From Bacteroidales bacterium (lineage in GTDB: Bacteria; Bacteroidota; Bacteroidia; Bacteroidales; Dysgonomonadaceae): a stretch of DNA of 57,562 nucleotides. The stretch lies in contig JAAYGM010000042.1 in assembly GCA_012727735.1 (NCBI GenBank), positions 1 to 57,562 of the forward strand. Reading direction: 5' to 3'. The notes below the pieces were generated by a model. It made no database searches. It had not been told where the DNA came from and worked only from the letters and a program-made list of their open reading frames with translations. Both the position numbers and the translations under genes were made by a program. This document shows, in pieces, positions 20,969 to 31,199 of this stretch (position 1 is its first letter; each line of letters starts with the position of its first letter).

Positions 20969-21466
20969 ATGATGAAAAACAACGAACACTCTGTCTTTTT
21001 AGCACTTGGATCAAATCTGGGTGATAAGCAGAAAAATATAGAGGATGCATTCGAAAAAATTGAAGAGCGGATTGGGAAAATTACTTCACTTTCCGCTCTT
21101 CATATTACCAATCCGGTAGGATTTCAATCTGCCAATATCTTTGTAAACTGTGTCTGCGAAGTGGTTACTAATATTGATATATACACACTATTCGCTACCA
21201 CTCAAGAAGTTGAAAAAGAGATAGGTAGGAGAGTAAAAAGCAGATATGGTATTTACACAGACAGAATTATCGATATTGACCTTATTATGGTTGATAATCT
21301 GATTATAAACACACCTGATCTGACTATTCCACACCCCCTGTTTCACCTCCGCGATTTTGTGCTTGCACCATTCTGCGAAATAGCACCGGACAGGATCCAC
21401 CCTCTATTCGGTAAAACGATCCGCAAATTGAAGGATGAGCTGGATCGGATGCAGACAGCTTATTGA
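20969..21466 (+). CDS. folK: 2-amino-4-hydroxy-6-hydroxymethyldihydropteridine diphosphokinase
   Basis: LALGSNLGD, FVNCV, DRIIDIDL, LTIPHP, RDFVLAP. Confidence 0.93.
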   Translation: MMKNNEHSVFLALGSNLGDKQKNIEDAFEKIEERIGKITSLSALHITNPVGFQSANIFVNCVCEVVTNIDIYTLFATTQEVEKEIGRRVKSRYGIYTDRIIDIDLIMVDNLIINTPDLTIPHPLFHLRDFVLAPFCEIAPDRIHPLFGKTIRKLKDELDRMQTAY

Positions 21467-21519
21467 TTCAATTCATCTACTGGTGCTTCATGCTGCTTCC
21501 GGCAGCTACATTCAGCAAT

Positions 21520-21542
21520 GGTTCATCTGATCTGAACCTTTT
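21520..21542 (+). terminator. Probable terminator of the ftsX-folK operon
   Basis: GGTTCA-TCTGATC-TGAACC followed by TTTT. Confidence 0.5.
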
Positions 21543-21732
21543 ACCGTTCATGGAATCTCTCTTCTTTTCATAGGGGAAAATGTTTTGGATTATTTTTTAC
21601 ACTGTAAGTTACATCATATCCAAATATTAACAAAATTGATAATAATTTATCAACAATAGCAGAATGGGTTGCCGGTTAATAGAAAAAAAGTGCCATATTT
21701 GTCTGTATAATAATCTATAGGGAGGTTTGAAG

Positions 21733-22605
21733 ATGGCAATTTTCGGGAAGGGTTACGATTATTTCCTTGGTTATGCATTAAGTGGTGGAGGAGCCAAAGG
21801 TTTCGCTCATCTGGGTGCATTGAAAGTACTGGAGAAATATGGCTTGAAACCCGATGTGATTGCCGGTACTAGTGCAGGTGCGCTTGCCGGTGTTTTTTAT
21901 GCAGATGGATACCACCCCGATGAAATTGCTGATCTTTTCAGGAAGAGGGAATTCAGAGAGTTTGTGGAGTTAACCATACCAAAATCCGGTTTCTTGAAAA
22001 GTACGGGATTACACAGTTTCCTGAAAAAGAACCTGAGAGCCAAGCGGTTCGAGGATTTGCAAGTCCCTTTTTATGCTGTGGCAACCGATTGGGAGAGAGC
22101 CTGTTCCGTGACTTTCTCCGATGGTGATGATTTGGTAGATGCGGTGGTGGCATCCTGTTCCATACCCATCATATTTTATCCTCAGGTGATCCATGGTGTA
22201 ACTTATGTAGACGGGGGTATACTGAAGAATTTCCCAGTTTCCGTCATCAGGAAAAAATGCAAAAATGTGATTGGCGTAAATGTTTCACTGGTTATCCCTC
22301 CTGCGGAGAAAAACAATATCCGTACGATGCTGGAAAGAACGTTTAACCTGATGTCTAACGCCAACACACTTTTCGATAAAACATACTGTGATATACTCAT
22401 TGAAACGAAAGGGATTGAAAAATATTCAATGTTCAATATGCATAACCAGGAAACCATCATGGAGGCCGGATATCATTATGCAGCCATGGTGATGAGTGAA
22501 AAAGAATCTCTGCAGATCGTAAGAAAATGTCACAGGCATTACGAGTTGACAGAAAAGGTAAGTGCCAGACTCCGGCGGATAAGCCCGGGGACTGATTCAA
22601 AATAA
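21733..22605 (+). CDS. Patatin-like phospholipase
   Basis: GGGAKG oxyanion motif, GTSAG nucleophile, DGG catalytic Asp. Confidence 0.92.
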   Translation: MAIFGKGYDYFLGYALSGGGAKGFAHLGALKVLEKYGLKPDVIAGTSAGALAGVFYADGYHPDEIADLFRKREFREFVELTIPKSGFLKSTGLHSFLKKNLRAKRFEDLQVPFYAVATDWERACSVTFSDGDDLVDAVVASCSIPIIFYPQVIHGVTYVDGGILKNFPVSVIRKKCKNVIGVNVSLVIPPAEKNNIRTMLERTFNLMSNANTLFDKTYCDILIETKGIEKYSMFNMHNQETIMEAGYHYAAMVMSEKESLQIVRKCHRHYELTEKVSARLRRISPGTDSK

Positions 22606-22699
22606 AGGCAAAACCGGCCACTCTCTGGTAAACCATATATTAATAAAAGATGGTTCTCTCAGGCTTACAGATTATTAAATAAAAACATAAATAAACCTT

Positions 22700-24397
22700 A
22701 TGCTTGACAATAAATTATTTATCTATCAATTACTACCCAGGATTTTTGGCAACAGCGTTTCCAGGAACATATGCAACGGGACTATTGAGGAAAACGGATG
22801 CGGGAAGTTCAACGATATCACAGATGATCTGTTGACAAAACTAAAAGAGAGTGGTTATACCCATATATGGTATATAGGTGTACTTGCTCATGCCTCTACG
22901 ACCGATTATACTGCTTACGGTATACCGAAAGAATTCCCGGAAATTGTCAAAGGGAGGGCCGGATCACCGTATGCTGTAAGGGATTTTTACGATGTAGATC
23001 CTGATTTGGCAATGGATATACCCAACAGAATGTTAGAGTTCGAAGGGTTGATCAAACGCACGCACGATGCAGGGCTAAAGGTGATCATTGACAATGTTCC
23101 CAATCATGTGGCACGTAATTATCAAACGGTAAACAAGCCTGAGGGAACAGAAGATTTTGGAGCGAGGGATGATTCCTCGATAGCCTTCTCACCACAAAAC
23201 AACTTCTATTACATCCCGGGGCAACCTCTGGAACTACAACTCTCCCCTGATAAAATGATCAATGCTGCTTACCATGAGTATCCAGCCAGAGTCACTGGTA
23301 ACGACTGTTTCACCAGTGCTCCCACCCAGTTTGACTGGTATGAAACAGTCAAGCTCAATTATGGAGTGGATTACATGGATGGCAACAGGTCATATTTCAC
23401 TCCCATACCTGACACATGGATAAAAATGAAAGAGATACTCCTCTTCTGGGCAGAAAAGGAGATAGACGGTTTTCGCTGTGATATGGCTGAAATGGTTCCA
23501 TTGAAGTTCTGGCAATGGGTAATTCCAAGGATAAAAATCAGGTTTCCTGAGATGGTCTTCCTTGCCGAGATATACAATCCTTCGGCATATCGTGATTTTT
23601 TGAGCAACAACATATTTGATTATCTCTACGACAAGGTGGGACTCTATGATGTACTGCGTGATGTAGCTTGTGGCTACAGGCCTTCTTCGGATATTACTTT
23701 TACACTGAATAATGTCGGAGATATTCAGCATAGAATGCTCAACTTCATGGAAAATCATGATGAACAGCGAATTGCTTCTGATTATTTTCTCAAAGATGGA
23801 GACAAGGGAAAGGCGGCAATGATCGTGACATCAAGCATCAATACCAATCCTGTCATGATCTACGCGGGACAGGAGCTTGGAGAAAATGGTATGGACGAGG
23901 AGGGGTTCAGTGGAAAGAACGGACGTACGACCATCTATGATTACTGGTCGGCAGATACACTACACCGATGGAACAACCATGGCAAATGGAACAATAAACG
24001 ACTGACAAAAAAAGAGAAAGAGCTGCGGTGCTTCTACAACCGCCTCATCAGGGTTTGTAAAGAGGAAGCGTCTGTTTCCAGTGGAAAGTTTTACGACCTT
24101 ATGCCGGCAAACTACGAAAACAGTGAATTCGATTCCACCCGTCTTTTTGCCTTTTTGAGAAGCCATGAGGATGAATTATTGCTGGTTGTGGCCAATTTTG
24201 ATCATGAGATGAATGAGTGTACCGTTCATATCCCGCCCCATGCCTTTTCTTTCCTGAATATTGAAGATACAGGAGAAGGTAAATTAACACCACTGCTGAA
24301 AAAAGAAGAGGATGAGTTACTCTTCACTTACGATTACCCATTCAGGATCAAACTTGATCCTCACTCAGGTGAGATATATAAAATTTCTTTTTTATAA
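22700..24397 (+). CDS. GH13 alpha-amylase family glycoside hydrolase (cytoplasmic)
   Basis: DNVPNH, DGFRCDMAEMV (nucleophile), AEIY (acid/base), ENHDE; no signal peptide. Confidence 0.92.
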   Translation: MLDNKLFIYQLLPRIFGNSVSRNICNGTIEENGCGKFNDITDDLLTKLKESGYTHIWYIGVLAHASTTDYTAYGIPKEFPEIVKGRAGSPYAVRDFYDVDPDLAMDIPNRMLEFEGLIKRTHDAGLKVIIDNVPNHVARNYQTVNKPEGTEDFGARDDSSIAFSPQNNFYYIPGQPLELQLSPDKMINAAYHEYPARVTGNDCFTSAPTQFDWYETVKLNYGVDYMDGNRSYFTPIPDTWIKMKEILLFWAEKEIDGFRCDMAEMVPLKFWQWVIPRIKIRFPEMVFLAEIYNPSAYRDFLSNNIFDYLYDKVGLYDVLRDVACGYRPSSDITFTLNNVGDIQHRMLNFMENHDEQRIASDYFLKDGDKGKAAMIVTSSINTNPVMIYAGQELGENGMDEEGFSGKNGRTTIYDYWSADTLHRWNNHGKWNNKRLTKKEKELRCFYNRLIRVCKEEASVSSGKFYDLMPANYENSEFDSTRLFAFLRSHEDELLLVVANFDHEMNECTVHIPPHAFSFLNIEDTGEGKLTPLLKKEEDELLFTYDYPFRIKLDPHSGEIYKISFL

Positions 24398-24507
24398 AAT
24401 AGACCTTTTTGAAGTTAGTTTTTGTACTTTTGTTGAAACTTTCACACCTATACTGGGAGATTAGTCACGTAAAGAACTATTTCATTAGTTTTTCAAAATT
24501 TAAAAGC

Positions 24508-25443
24508 ATGCAGGAGAGACCATTTAAAATCTTTTCGGGAACAAAATCGCGTTATTTTGCCGAAAAGGTATGTAACAGTTTGAGTTGCCCATTGGGTAAC
24601 ATGATCATTGAACATTTCGCCGATGGCGAGTTTGCCGTTTCTTACGAAGAATCCATTCGCGGCAAGCAGGTATTTCTTATCCAATCCACTTTCCCCAACT
24701 CAGACAATCTGATGGAGTTATTGCTGATGATTGATGCAGCAAAGAGAGCATCAGCCAAGTCCATCGTTGCTGTCATCCCCTATTTCGGTTGGGCCAGACA
24801 GGACAGAAAAGATAAACCCCGCGTAAGCATCGGAGCGAAACTGATTGCTGATATGCTGGCTGCTGCCGGCATCAACCGTTTGATCACAATGGATTTGCAT
24901 GCAGACCAGATTCAGGGATTTTTCAATGTTCCTGTCGATCACCTCTATGCCTCCGGCGTGTTCGTGGAATACCTAAAACAACTGGAATCAAAAAATATGG
25001 TTATCGCCACTCCTGACGTGGGAGGAACAAAACGGGCCAGTGCTTATTCCAAATTTCTGGGTTGTCCCATGGTTATCTGTTATAAACTCCGGAAGAAAGC
25101 GAACGAAATATCGGATATGCAGATTATCGGAGATGTGCGTGGAATGGATGTATTGCTTATCGATGATATCGTTGACACCGCCGGAACCATCACCAAAGCG
25201 GCAGATCTGATCATGGAGCACGGAGCCAATTCTGTGCGTGCCATCGCCAGCCATGCTGTCATGTCTGATCCGGCATCAGCAAGAGTGGATCATTCCCACC
25301 TTAAGGAACTCATTTTCACAGATAGTATTCCCTATCCAATGAAATCGGACAAGGTGAAGATTCTCTCTGTTGCCGATATGTTTGCCGACTCCATCATGAG
25401 GGTGTGCAATAATCAGTCGATCAGCTCGTTGTATGTCGTCTGA
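24508..25443 (+). CDS. prs: Ribose-phosphate pyrophosphokinase
   Basis: FADGE, PYFGWARQDRK, DLHADQIQGFF, PRPP motif LLIDDIVDTAGT. Start placed at MQERP. Confidence 0.96.
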   Translation: MQERPFKIFSGTKSRYFAEKVCNSLSCPLGNMIIEHFADGEFAVSYEESIRGKQVFLIQSTFPNSDNLMELLLMIDAAKRASAKSIVAVIPYFGWARQDRKDKPRVSIGAKLIADMLAAAGINRLITMDLHADQIQGFFNVPVDHLYASGVFVEYLKQLESKNMVIATPDVGGTKRASAYSKFLGCPMVICYKLRKKANEISDMQIIGDVRGMDVLLIDDIVDTAGTITKAADLIMEHGANSVRAIASHAVMSDPASARVDHSHLKELIFTDSIPYPMKSDKVKILSVADMFADSIMRVCNNQSISSLYVV

Positions 25444-25679
25444 CGATATGATCACCGTTTGTACCGTGTAACATAAAAGTTTTGTACCTACTTTAAAAGT
25501 CAATAACATTCATAGAAAGCGATCGTTCAATTTTACCAGAAAAGAAACAAACAGGGATTTTTTCCACATATTACACTTGAAAAGTTTAATAATCGTTGGT
25601 TTAATCTCAAAGTTTTCAGTATATTTGGGATTAATAATAAATTATTTAAGCCTATTAATCATATATAAAAACAATTGTT

Positions 25680-26087
25680 ATGGATTACAAAATTGATGAA
25701 ATTGAAGGTATAGGTCCTGTTTACGGAGAGAAATTAAAAGTAGCCGGAATAAACAGTGTTGCTAATTTACTCGAGAAATGCGCGGGCAAAAAAGGTCGTG
25801 TTGCATTGGCAAATGAAACCGGAATTGATGAGAAGCTCATTCTGAAATGGACCAATCATGCCGATTTGTTTCGCATTAACGGAATAGGTCCCCAATTTTC
25901 AGAACTTCTGGAAGAGGCTGGTGTTGACACCGTAAAAGAACTACGTACACGTAACGCCGAGAATCTGTATGCCAAGATACAGGAAGTGAACGGAGCAAAG
26001 AAACTGGTGCGTCGTCTACCGTCACTTGATCAACTCACTAAAATGATTGAAGAAGCCGGAAAATCAGAGGTTCGTATGACCTATTGA
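25680..26087 (+). CDS. DUF4332-like helix-hairpin-helix protein
   Basis: Two HhH motifs (IEGIGP, INGIGP), ELLEEAGVDTVKEL; own TATATTTG promoter box at 25620-25627 and own terminator. Confidence 0.85.
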   Translation: MDYKIDEIEGIGPVYGEKLKVAGINSVANLLEKCAGKKGRVALANETGIDEKLILKWTNHADLFRINGIGPQFSELLEEAGVDTVKELRTRNAENLYAKIQEVNGAKKLVRRLPSLDQLTKMIEEAGKSEVRMTY

Positions 26088-26115
26088 CCGAGTACATAAA
26101 ATAGATCCAGATTTA

Positions 26116-26160
26116 TACTGATAAAAAAGGCTGAAAATATCAGCCCTTTTTTTATCAGTA
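26116..26160. terminator. Bidirectional intrinsic terminator
   Basis: TACTGATAAAAAAGGCTGA-loop-TCAGCCC-T-run-ATCAGTA inverted repeat between convergent genes. Confidence 0.85.
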
Positions 26161-26664
26161 TAGTGAATGTTTTTTTTTGATTACCTGTAGTAATCCTTCA
26201 CAGGCATCTTCAAGCAGGTCGAGCACAAGTTCAAATCCCGTAGAACCGCCATAATAGGGGTCTGGTATGTTGTCATGATTGTTAAACTGCACTGAGAACT
26301 CAGTCATCAGGTGAATCTTATCTGCCTGTTCCTTGCCTGATACCAATGATTTCACAGTATGGTAATTGTTCTCATCCATCACAATGATATAATCGAAATC
26401 ATTAAAATCAGTCTTTTTAAACTTGCGGGCACGGCTACAAAAATCATATCCCCTTTTCTCCCCGTGAGAGCGCATCCGTTCATCAGGCAGATCACCCTGG
26501 TGCCATCCTGAAGTACCTGCAGAATCCACTTCGATAATGTCCTGAAGCTCATTCTTCGATACAATCCCCGACATAATACCTTCAGCCGCCGGAGAGCGGC
26601 AGATATTACCGAGACAAACGAAAAGCAGGCGTATTCTCTTTTTCTTTCCTTCAGTGGGGTTCAT
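26155..26664 (-). CDS. Low molecular weight protein-tyrosine phosphatase
   Basis: P-loop FVCLGNICRSP, DSAGT, DPYYG. Confidence 0.95.
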   Translation of the reverse strand: MNPTEGKKKRIRLLFVCLGNICRSPAAEGIMSGIVSKNELQDIIEVDSAGTSGWHQGDLPDERMRSHGEKRGYDFCSRARKFKKTDFNDFDYIIVMDENNYHTVKSLVSGKEQADKIHLMTEFSVQFNNHDNIPDPYYGGSTGFELVLDLLEDACEGLLQVIKKKHSLY

Positions 26665-26851
26665 ACGTTTAACAGTTGTTTTCTTTCTATAACCTTAACA
26701 ATGATTGCAAAGATAGTGGAATTCCGGTGAAGTCCAAAAAATATTGATAAGAAAATGAAATAGATGTGAACCCAATCCGGAGCAGTTGAATTTTCTGATT
26801 AATTGGTTATCTTTGCAAACTTCTTTTTTTTAACGGAACCACTATTTTACA

Positions 26852-27364
26852 ATGGATAAAGACCCCAACATAAACCACAGGCCAACTGTGAGTGATCTTT
26901 CTATCACCGTTCCTGGGGAAAAGGTGAAACTGAAAATAGAAAAGAACAGGATCAGACGTGCGCTGTATGTCGTAGGGGGAACACTCTCACTAGCTCTTGC
27001 CCTTCTGGGGATCATTGTTCCCGGTCTGCCGGTGACACCACTGGCACTGTTATCTGCCATCTTATTTGCGAAAAGCTCGGAAAAATTGTACAACTGGTTG
27101 TTGAACAACAGAATACTGGGTCCGAGAATCAGGAGCTACCAGCAACGTAAAGGTGTTACAAGAAAAGGAAAGATAGGAATCATTGTCTTTATGACACTTA
27201 TGGTATCGTTCTCTTCGTTTGTGGTGATACAGATTCTCTGGATCAGAGTGGTGATACTCTCACTCGGGGTGATCGGTTTGTTCGTGGTATGGTTATTTGT
27301 TCCGACAGCACAGGATGATCCTGTTAAACAGCGGAAGATGGGACGCAATCACCCTCTTAAATAG
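26852..27364 (+). CDS. YbaN/DUF454 family membrane protein
   Basis: GIIVPGLPVTPLALLSAILFAKSSEKLYNWLL...LGPRI. Confidence 0.88.
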   Translation: MDKDPNINHRPTVSDLSITVPGEKVKLKIEKNRIRRALYVVGGTLSLALALLGIIVPGLPVTPLALLSAILFAKSSEKLYNWLLNNRILGPRIRSYQQRKGVTRKGKIGIIVFMTLMVSFSSFVVIQILWIRVVILSLGVIGLFVVWLFVPTAQDDPVKQRKMGRNHPLK

Positions 27365-28569
27365 GCGAAATAGTACTTCACACCCTTTTTCGATAACATC
27401 TCTATATTGAACATGTCCGATGCCCTGGAGATCACTTTCACGCTGCCATCCTTGTATAGGATATCTATACTGTCATCTTTCTCGCTGTACATATCAGTTG
27501 TGAGTATATCCGACGAAATAAGATAGGAGGCTTCGTGACGACTCACGCGGTACTTGTCCATGTACCTATCAAGAGTAGAGCCTACTTTCTCCTCATTGAC
27601 TATCTCATCCGAGATTTCTATTTTAAACAATTTACGGTTGACCATACCGTCACTTAATAGCGACAATACTTTGTCGTGGTGTCCAACCCATACCTTCAGT
27701 GCACTCCAGATGTCATTGTCGTCCAAGTTCAAGAAATGACGGAGTGCCGAACCGTTATCTTCAAAATCGGTGAGGGTCGTTTCATTTATTAAAAAGTAGG
27801 ATAGGGCAGGGGAGGCAAACAATTTTTCGCCGTTCAGCGAAAGTTCTTTGGCTCTCCTTAGCGTGTTGATCATCATCTTTTCTGCTGCCACAGCTGTTTT
27901 ATGAAGATAAACCTGCCAGTACATCAGCCGGCGCGACATGAGGAAGTTTTCAATCGAATAAATACCTTTCGATTCTACCACCAGTCGTTCTTCTTTCAGA
28001 TCAAGCATTTTTATGATACGTGCCGAGCCGATGTTCCCTTCGCTCACACCGGTGAAGAAACTGTCACGACGCAGATAGTCAAGTCTATCTACATCGAGCT
28101 GACCGCTCACCAGTTGATGAAGGAATCGTTTGGGATGGCTGTCGGTGAAAATGTCGATGGCTGTCTGCAGCTTGCCGTTCCATTCCTTATTCATCTGTTG
28201 CATCATCAACAGTGAGATGCGTTCGTGGTGTACGTTGGTCACCAGTGTATGTTCAAGTACGTGTGAGAAGGGACCGTGCCCGATGTCGTGCATAAGGATG
28301 GCCGCCAGCGCACCGTTGCATTCCTGCGTCGAGATTTCGTGTCCTTTCTCTTTCAGTGTTTTCAATGCCTCGTCCATCAGAAACATGGCACCAATAGAGT
28401 GGTGAAAGCGTGTATGTTGTGCCCCGGGATAGACAAAGGGGGCGAGCCCCAGCTGACGGATACGGTTCAGTCGCTGCAGATTGGGATGCTGAATCAGATC
28501 ATACACAAAATCATTGGGTATACTGATGAAACCGAAAACGGGATCATTGATTATTTTTCGTTTTTTCAT
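27349..28569 (-). CDS. HD-domain phosphohydrolase (SAMHD1/dNTP triphosphohydrolase-like family)
   Basis: DPVFG, QRLNRIRQLG...VYPGAQHTRFHHSIG, HDIGHGPFSH, QLDVDRLDYLRRD, MYWQVYLHKT. Confidence 0.9.
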   Translation of the reverse strand: MKKRKIINDPVFGFISIPNDFVYDLIQHPNLQRLNRIRQLGLAPFVYPGAQHTRFHHSIGAMFLMDEALKTLKEKGHEISTQECNGALAAILMHDIGHGPFSHVLEHTLVTNVHHERISLLMMQQMNKEWNGKLQTAIDIFTDSHPKRFLHQLVSGQLDVDRLDYLRRDSFFTGVSEGNIGSARIIKMLDLKEERLVVESKGIYSIENFLMSRRLMYWQVYLHKTAVAAEKMMINTLRRAKELSLNGEKLFASPALSYFLINETTLTDFEDNGSALRHFLNLDDNDIWSALKVWVGHHDKVLSLLSDGMVNRKLFKIEISDEIVNEEKVGSTLDRYMDKYRVSRHEASYLISSDILTTDMYSEKDDSIDILYKDGSVKVISRASDMFNIEMLSKKGVKYYFAYLRG

Positions 28570-28572
28570 TTT

Positions 28573-28607
28573 GTCAGATTTCAGTTGTCAGTGATCAGTG
28601 GTCAGCT
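28573..28607 (-). repeat. Degenerate 7-bp tandem repeat, 5 units
   Basis: Plus strand gtcagat ttcagtt gtcagtg atcagtg gtcagct; overlaps the pyrF stop codon. Confidence 0.65.
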
Positions 28608-29437
28608 TTTAAACCCAGGTATCTCCTGAGCATTTCCCTCATTTCAAGCTGTAGTTTTTCCGCCTCCCCGGCAGCCTCAGAAGCGTAATCATCACCACTG
28701 CCGGCATAGATAATAGCACGCGATGAGTTGACAAGCAGTCCGCAGCTGCTGTTCATCCCATACCGGCATACCTCCTCCAGTGAGCCTCCCTGTGCACCTA
28801 CACCGGGTACGAGGAGGAAATGATCAGGTACAATCTTCCTCACCTCTTCAAATAGTTTCCCTTGCGTTGCTCCCACCACGTACATCATCTGCTCGTCATC
28901 ACCCCACTGCAGGGAGGTACGCAGCACTTTCTCGAACAGCTGCTCTCCATTTTCATCAGTCATCATCTGGAAGTCGTGTGATCCTCTGTTGCTGGTGAGT
29001 GCCAGCAGGATCACCCATCGTTCGGGATAAAGAAGGAATGGCTTGACGCTGTCCTCGCCCATATAGGGTGCCACGGTGACAGCATCCAGCTTCATCCCGT
29101 CGAAGAAGGAGCGGGCATACATCTCGCTTGTGTTACCTATATCACCCCGCTTGGCATCTGCAATAATAAACTGCTCAGGGTAGGACTCTCTGATATATGC
29201 CACCGTCTTCTCAAAAGCCATCCATCCCTTCACACCCATGCTCTCATAGAAAGCCAGATTGGGCTTGTAAGCCACACAATAGGCTGCCGTAGCGTCTATA
29301 ATAGCTTTGTTGAAAGTGTAGACGGGATCATCCTCCCCGAGCAGATGCGCTGGGATTTTGGTGATATCTGTGTCGAGTCCCACGCAGAGGAAGGAGTGTT
29401 TTTTCTGAATCTGTTCGAAAAGTTGTTGTTTAGTCAT
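28595..29437 (-). CDS. pyrF: Orotidine-5'-phosphate decarboxylase
   Basis: [51 protein letters not shown]. Confidence 0.96.
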   Translation of the reverse strand: MTKQQLFEQIQKKHSFLCVGLDTDITKIPAHLLGEDDPVYTFNKAIIDATAAYCVAYKPNLAFYESMGVKGWMAFEKTVAYIRESYPEQFIIADAKRGDIGNTSEMYARSFFDGMKLDAVTVAPYMGEDSVKPFLLYPERWVILLALTSNRGSHDFQMMTDENGEQLFEKVLRTSLQWGDDEQMMYVVGATQGKLFEEVRKIVPDHFLLVPGVGAQGGSLEEVCRYGMNSSCGLLVNSSRAIIYAGSGDDYASEAAGEAEKLQLEMREMLRRYLGLKADH

Positions 29438-29440
29438 ATA

Positions 29441-31195
29441 TTATTCGTTTGAAACATCAATTACTTCCAGGTGCCAGGCATCGACGACTACCACAGGGTG
29501 GTGCGGATCATCACCAAGCAGGTTCTTCACCAGTATAATACTTTTTCCATCCTTCGATGCAAAGAGGTAGTGAGGCATCGTTTTATAAAAATTAGTTACG
29601 CCGCTGACAGTAGTGTAATAATCTTCATAATCAACATAACGCCTTATATGATAGGTGTTGTCATCCCATTCAATAATCCGGGGGTAGGGCATCTCATCGT
29701 CGTGAATCGTATGATATAATCCCCAAATACTCCGCGTTGCAGTGGACAGGTCCAGCCATGAATAATGATAACCAAACTCATCTTCAGGGCTTGATGTTTT
29801 CGGTTTCAGCAAGCCAATGCGGGATATGGGATTTGTTGTATTCACTGAAGGTGTTTTAAAGAGGATACCCTGTTGACCGACAATGACAGAACCATCCGTA
29901 TACTGCCATAATTTAGCGCCGAAACTCTGATGCCAGTACTTCAGGTAAGTAGGTTTGCCATTGGAGATATCGCCCAGCGTCAGTCCGTTGGGACTTGAAT
30001 CAGGCCTGGTAGTCAACAGAAGAGGCTTGTTCTTAATCTTTACAATAGCGCTTCCCTCCATCTGGTCAATAAATGTGCCGGAGGGGGAGATCTCTTCTGT
30101 TGTCGTGTTATAGGTGTAGAAATAGGAATTAAAATCTCCTTCTTTCTTTGAGAAATAGTAATATCCATTCTCCCCGTCAATTACATCCGTAGTAATGAAA
30201 TCGGTTTCAATCGCCGATATCTCTGTCAGGCTGCCTGCATCGATCACACTCACCCTCGCACTCTGGCCCGCAAACAACGTTTTGTTGTCCTCAGAGAGTG
30301 AGAGACCATACACATTTCGTGTCAGCGTCATTTCTTTCACTATTGTGGATGTGGCAAGGTCGAATGCATATATTTTATTTTTATTGCTCTCAGCTATGTA
30401 TAGAATATTGGTTACTTTATTGAATTCACAGTCCACCACATTTCCCGGTAGGGGGATGATGTTGTCAGTGTTTCCCTTTTCACGGACACTCATCTGTACC
30501 TGCAGGGTATGCTGCGATTGAGAGAGATCGTTGCTCTCGATCACAATCCCGCCTTCATAAACTCCCGGCGCCCAATTTTCTCTGTTACAGACAGCCATTA
30601 ATTCAAGCTGACTATACGGATGTAACGTATAGGTCTTGTTTTTCACTGGCTCTTCACTCAGGGTGGTGACGTTCAGCCAGGAGGGGTGATCGGTAATGGT
30701 TATATAGAGATATCCGTTGCCATCGTTTTGAATGGTGAATAGTTCAGGTGTTCTTGATACACCAAAATCCAGCAGATGAGGATTCAGCTTTAACAGGGGA
30801 TTGCCGAAGTTATGATGTGCCACCCCGATGGATAAATAACCAAAGTTTCCGATATCCAGGACGATATCACCCAGATGGATGGGTTCGATTCTGACATCCG
30901 ATTCAAATTGATCTACTTTGATGCGAAATGCCATTCTTCCCGATTCGTCGATATGTCCTTTCAGTGATTCAAAATGCACGATCCTGGGATACTGTATCAC
31001 CTTGAAATCCTTGTTTTTCAAATCAGCCAGCGTGATAGATACTTCTGTAAAAGCCGCGGAGGGTATCACATACAAGGTAGCCTGCAGGTCAAATTCCTCA
31101 TGGGTCTTGTTGTTTTCCTTCAGAAAAGAGTCGTCGCACGAGAGTGCGAAAGCAAGGAACAGCAGGAGAAGTAACTGTGTACAAAATTGTCTCAT
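29441..31195 (-). CDS. Hypothetical surface lipoprotein with Ig/BACON-like and beta-propeller-like domains
   Basis: Lipobox ALSC-DDS; LDFG...FTIQNDGNGYL...PSWLNV...PGVYEGGIVIESND (Ig-like); LYIAESNKNKIYAFDL and GLSLSEDNKTLFAG (propeller-like blades). Confidence 0.7.
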   Translation of the reverse strand: MRQFCTQLLLLLFLAFALSCDDSFLKENNKTHEEFDLQATLYVIPSAAFTEVSITLADLKNKDFKVIQYPRIVHFESLKGHIDESGRMAFRIKVDQFESDVRIEPIHLGDIVLDIGNFGYLSIGVAHHNFGNPLLKLNPHLLDFGVSRTPELFTIQNDGNGYLYITITDHPSWLNVTTLSEEPVKNKTYTLHPYSQLELMAVCNRENWAPGVYEGGIVIESNDLSQSQHTLQVQMSVREKGNTDNIIPLPGNVVDCEFNKVTNILYIAESNKNKIYAFDLATSTIVKEMTLTRNVYGLSLSEDNKTLFAGQSARVSVIDAGSLTEISAIETDFITTDVIDGENGYYYFSKKEGDFNSYFYTYNTTTEEISPSGTFIDQMEGSAIVKIKNKPLLLTTRPDSSPNGLTLGDISNGKPTYLKYWHQSFGAKLWQYTDGSVIVGQQGILFKTPSVNTTNPISRIGLLKPKTSSPEDEFGYHYSWLDLSTATRSIWGLYHTIHDDEMPYPRIIEWDDNTYHIRRYVDYEDYYTTVSGVTNFYKTMPHYLFASKDGKSIILVKNLLGDDPHHPVVVVDAWHLEVIDVSNE

Positions 31196-31199
31196 GGTA

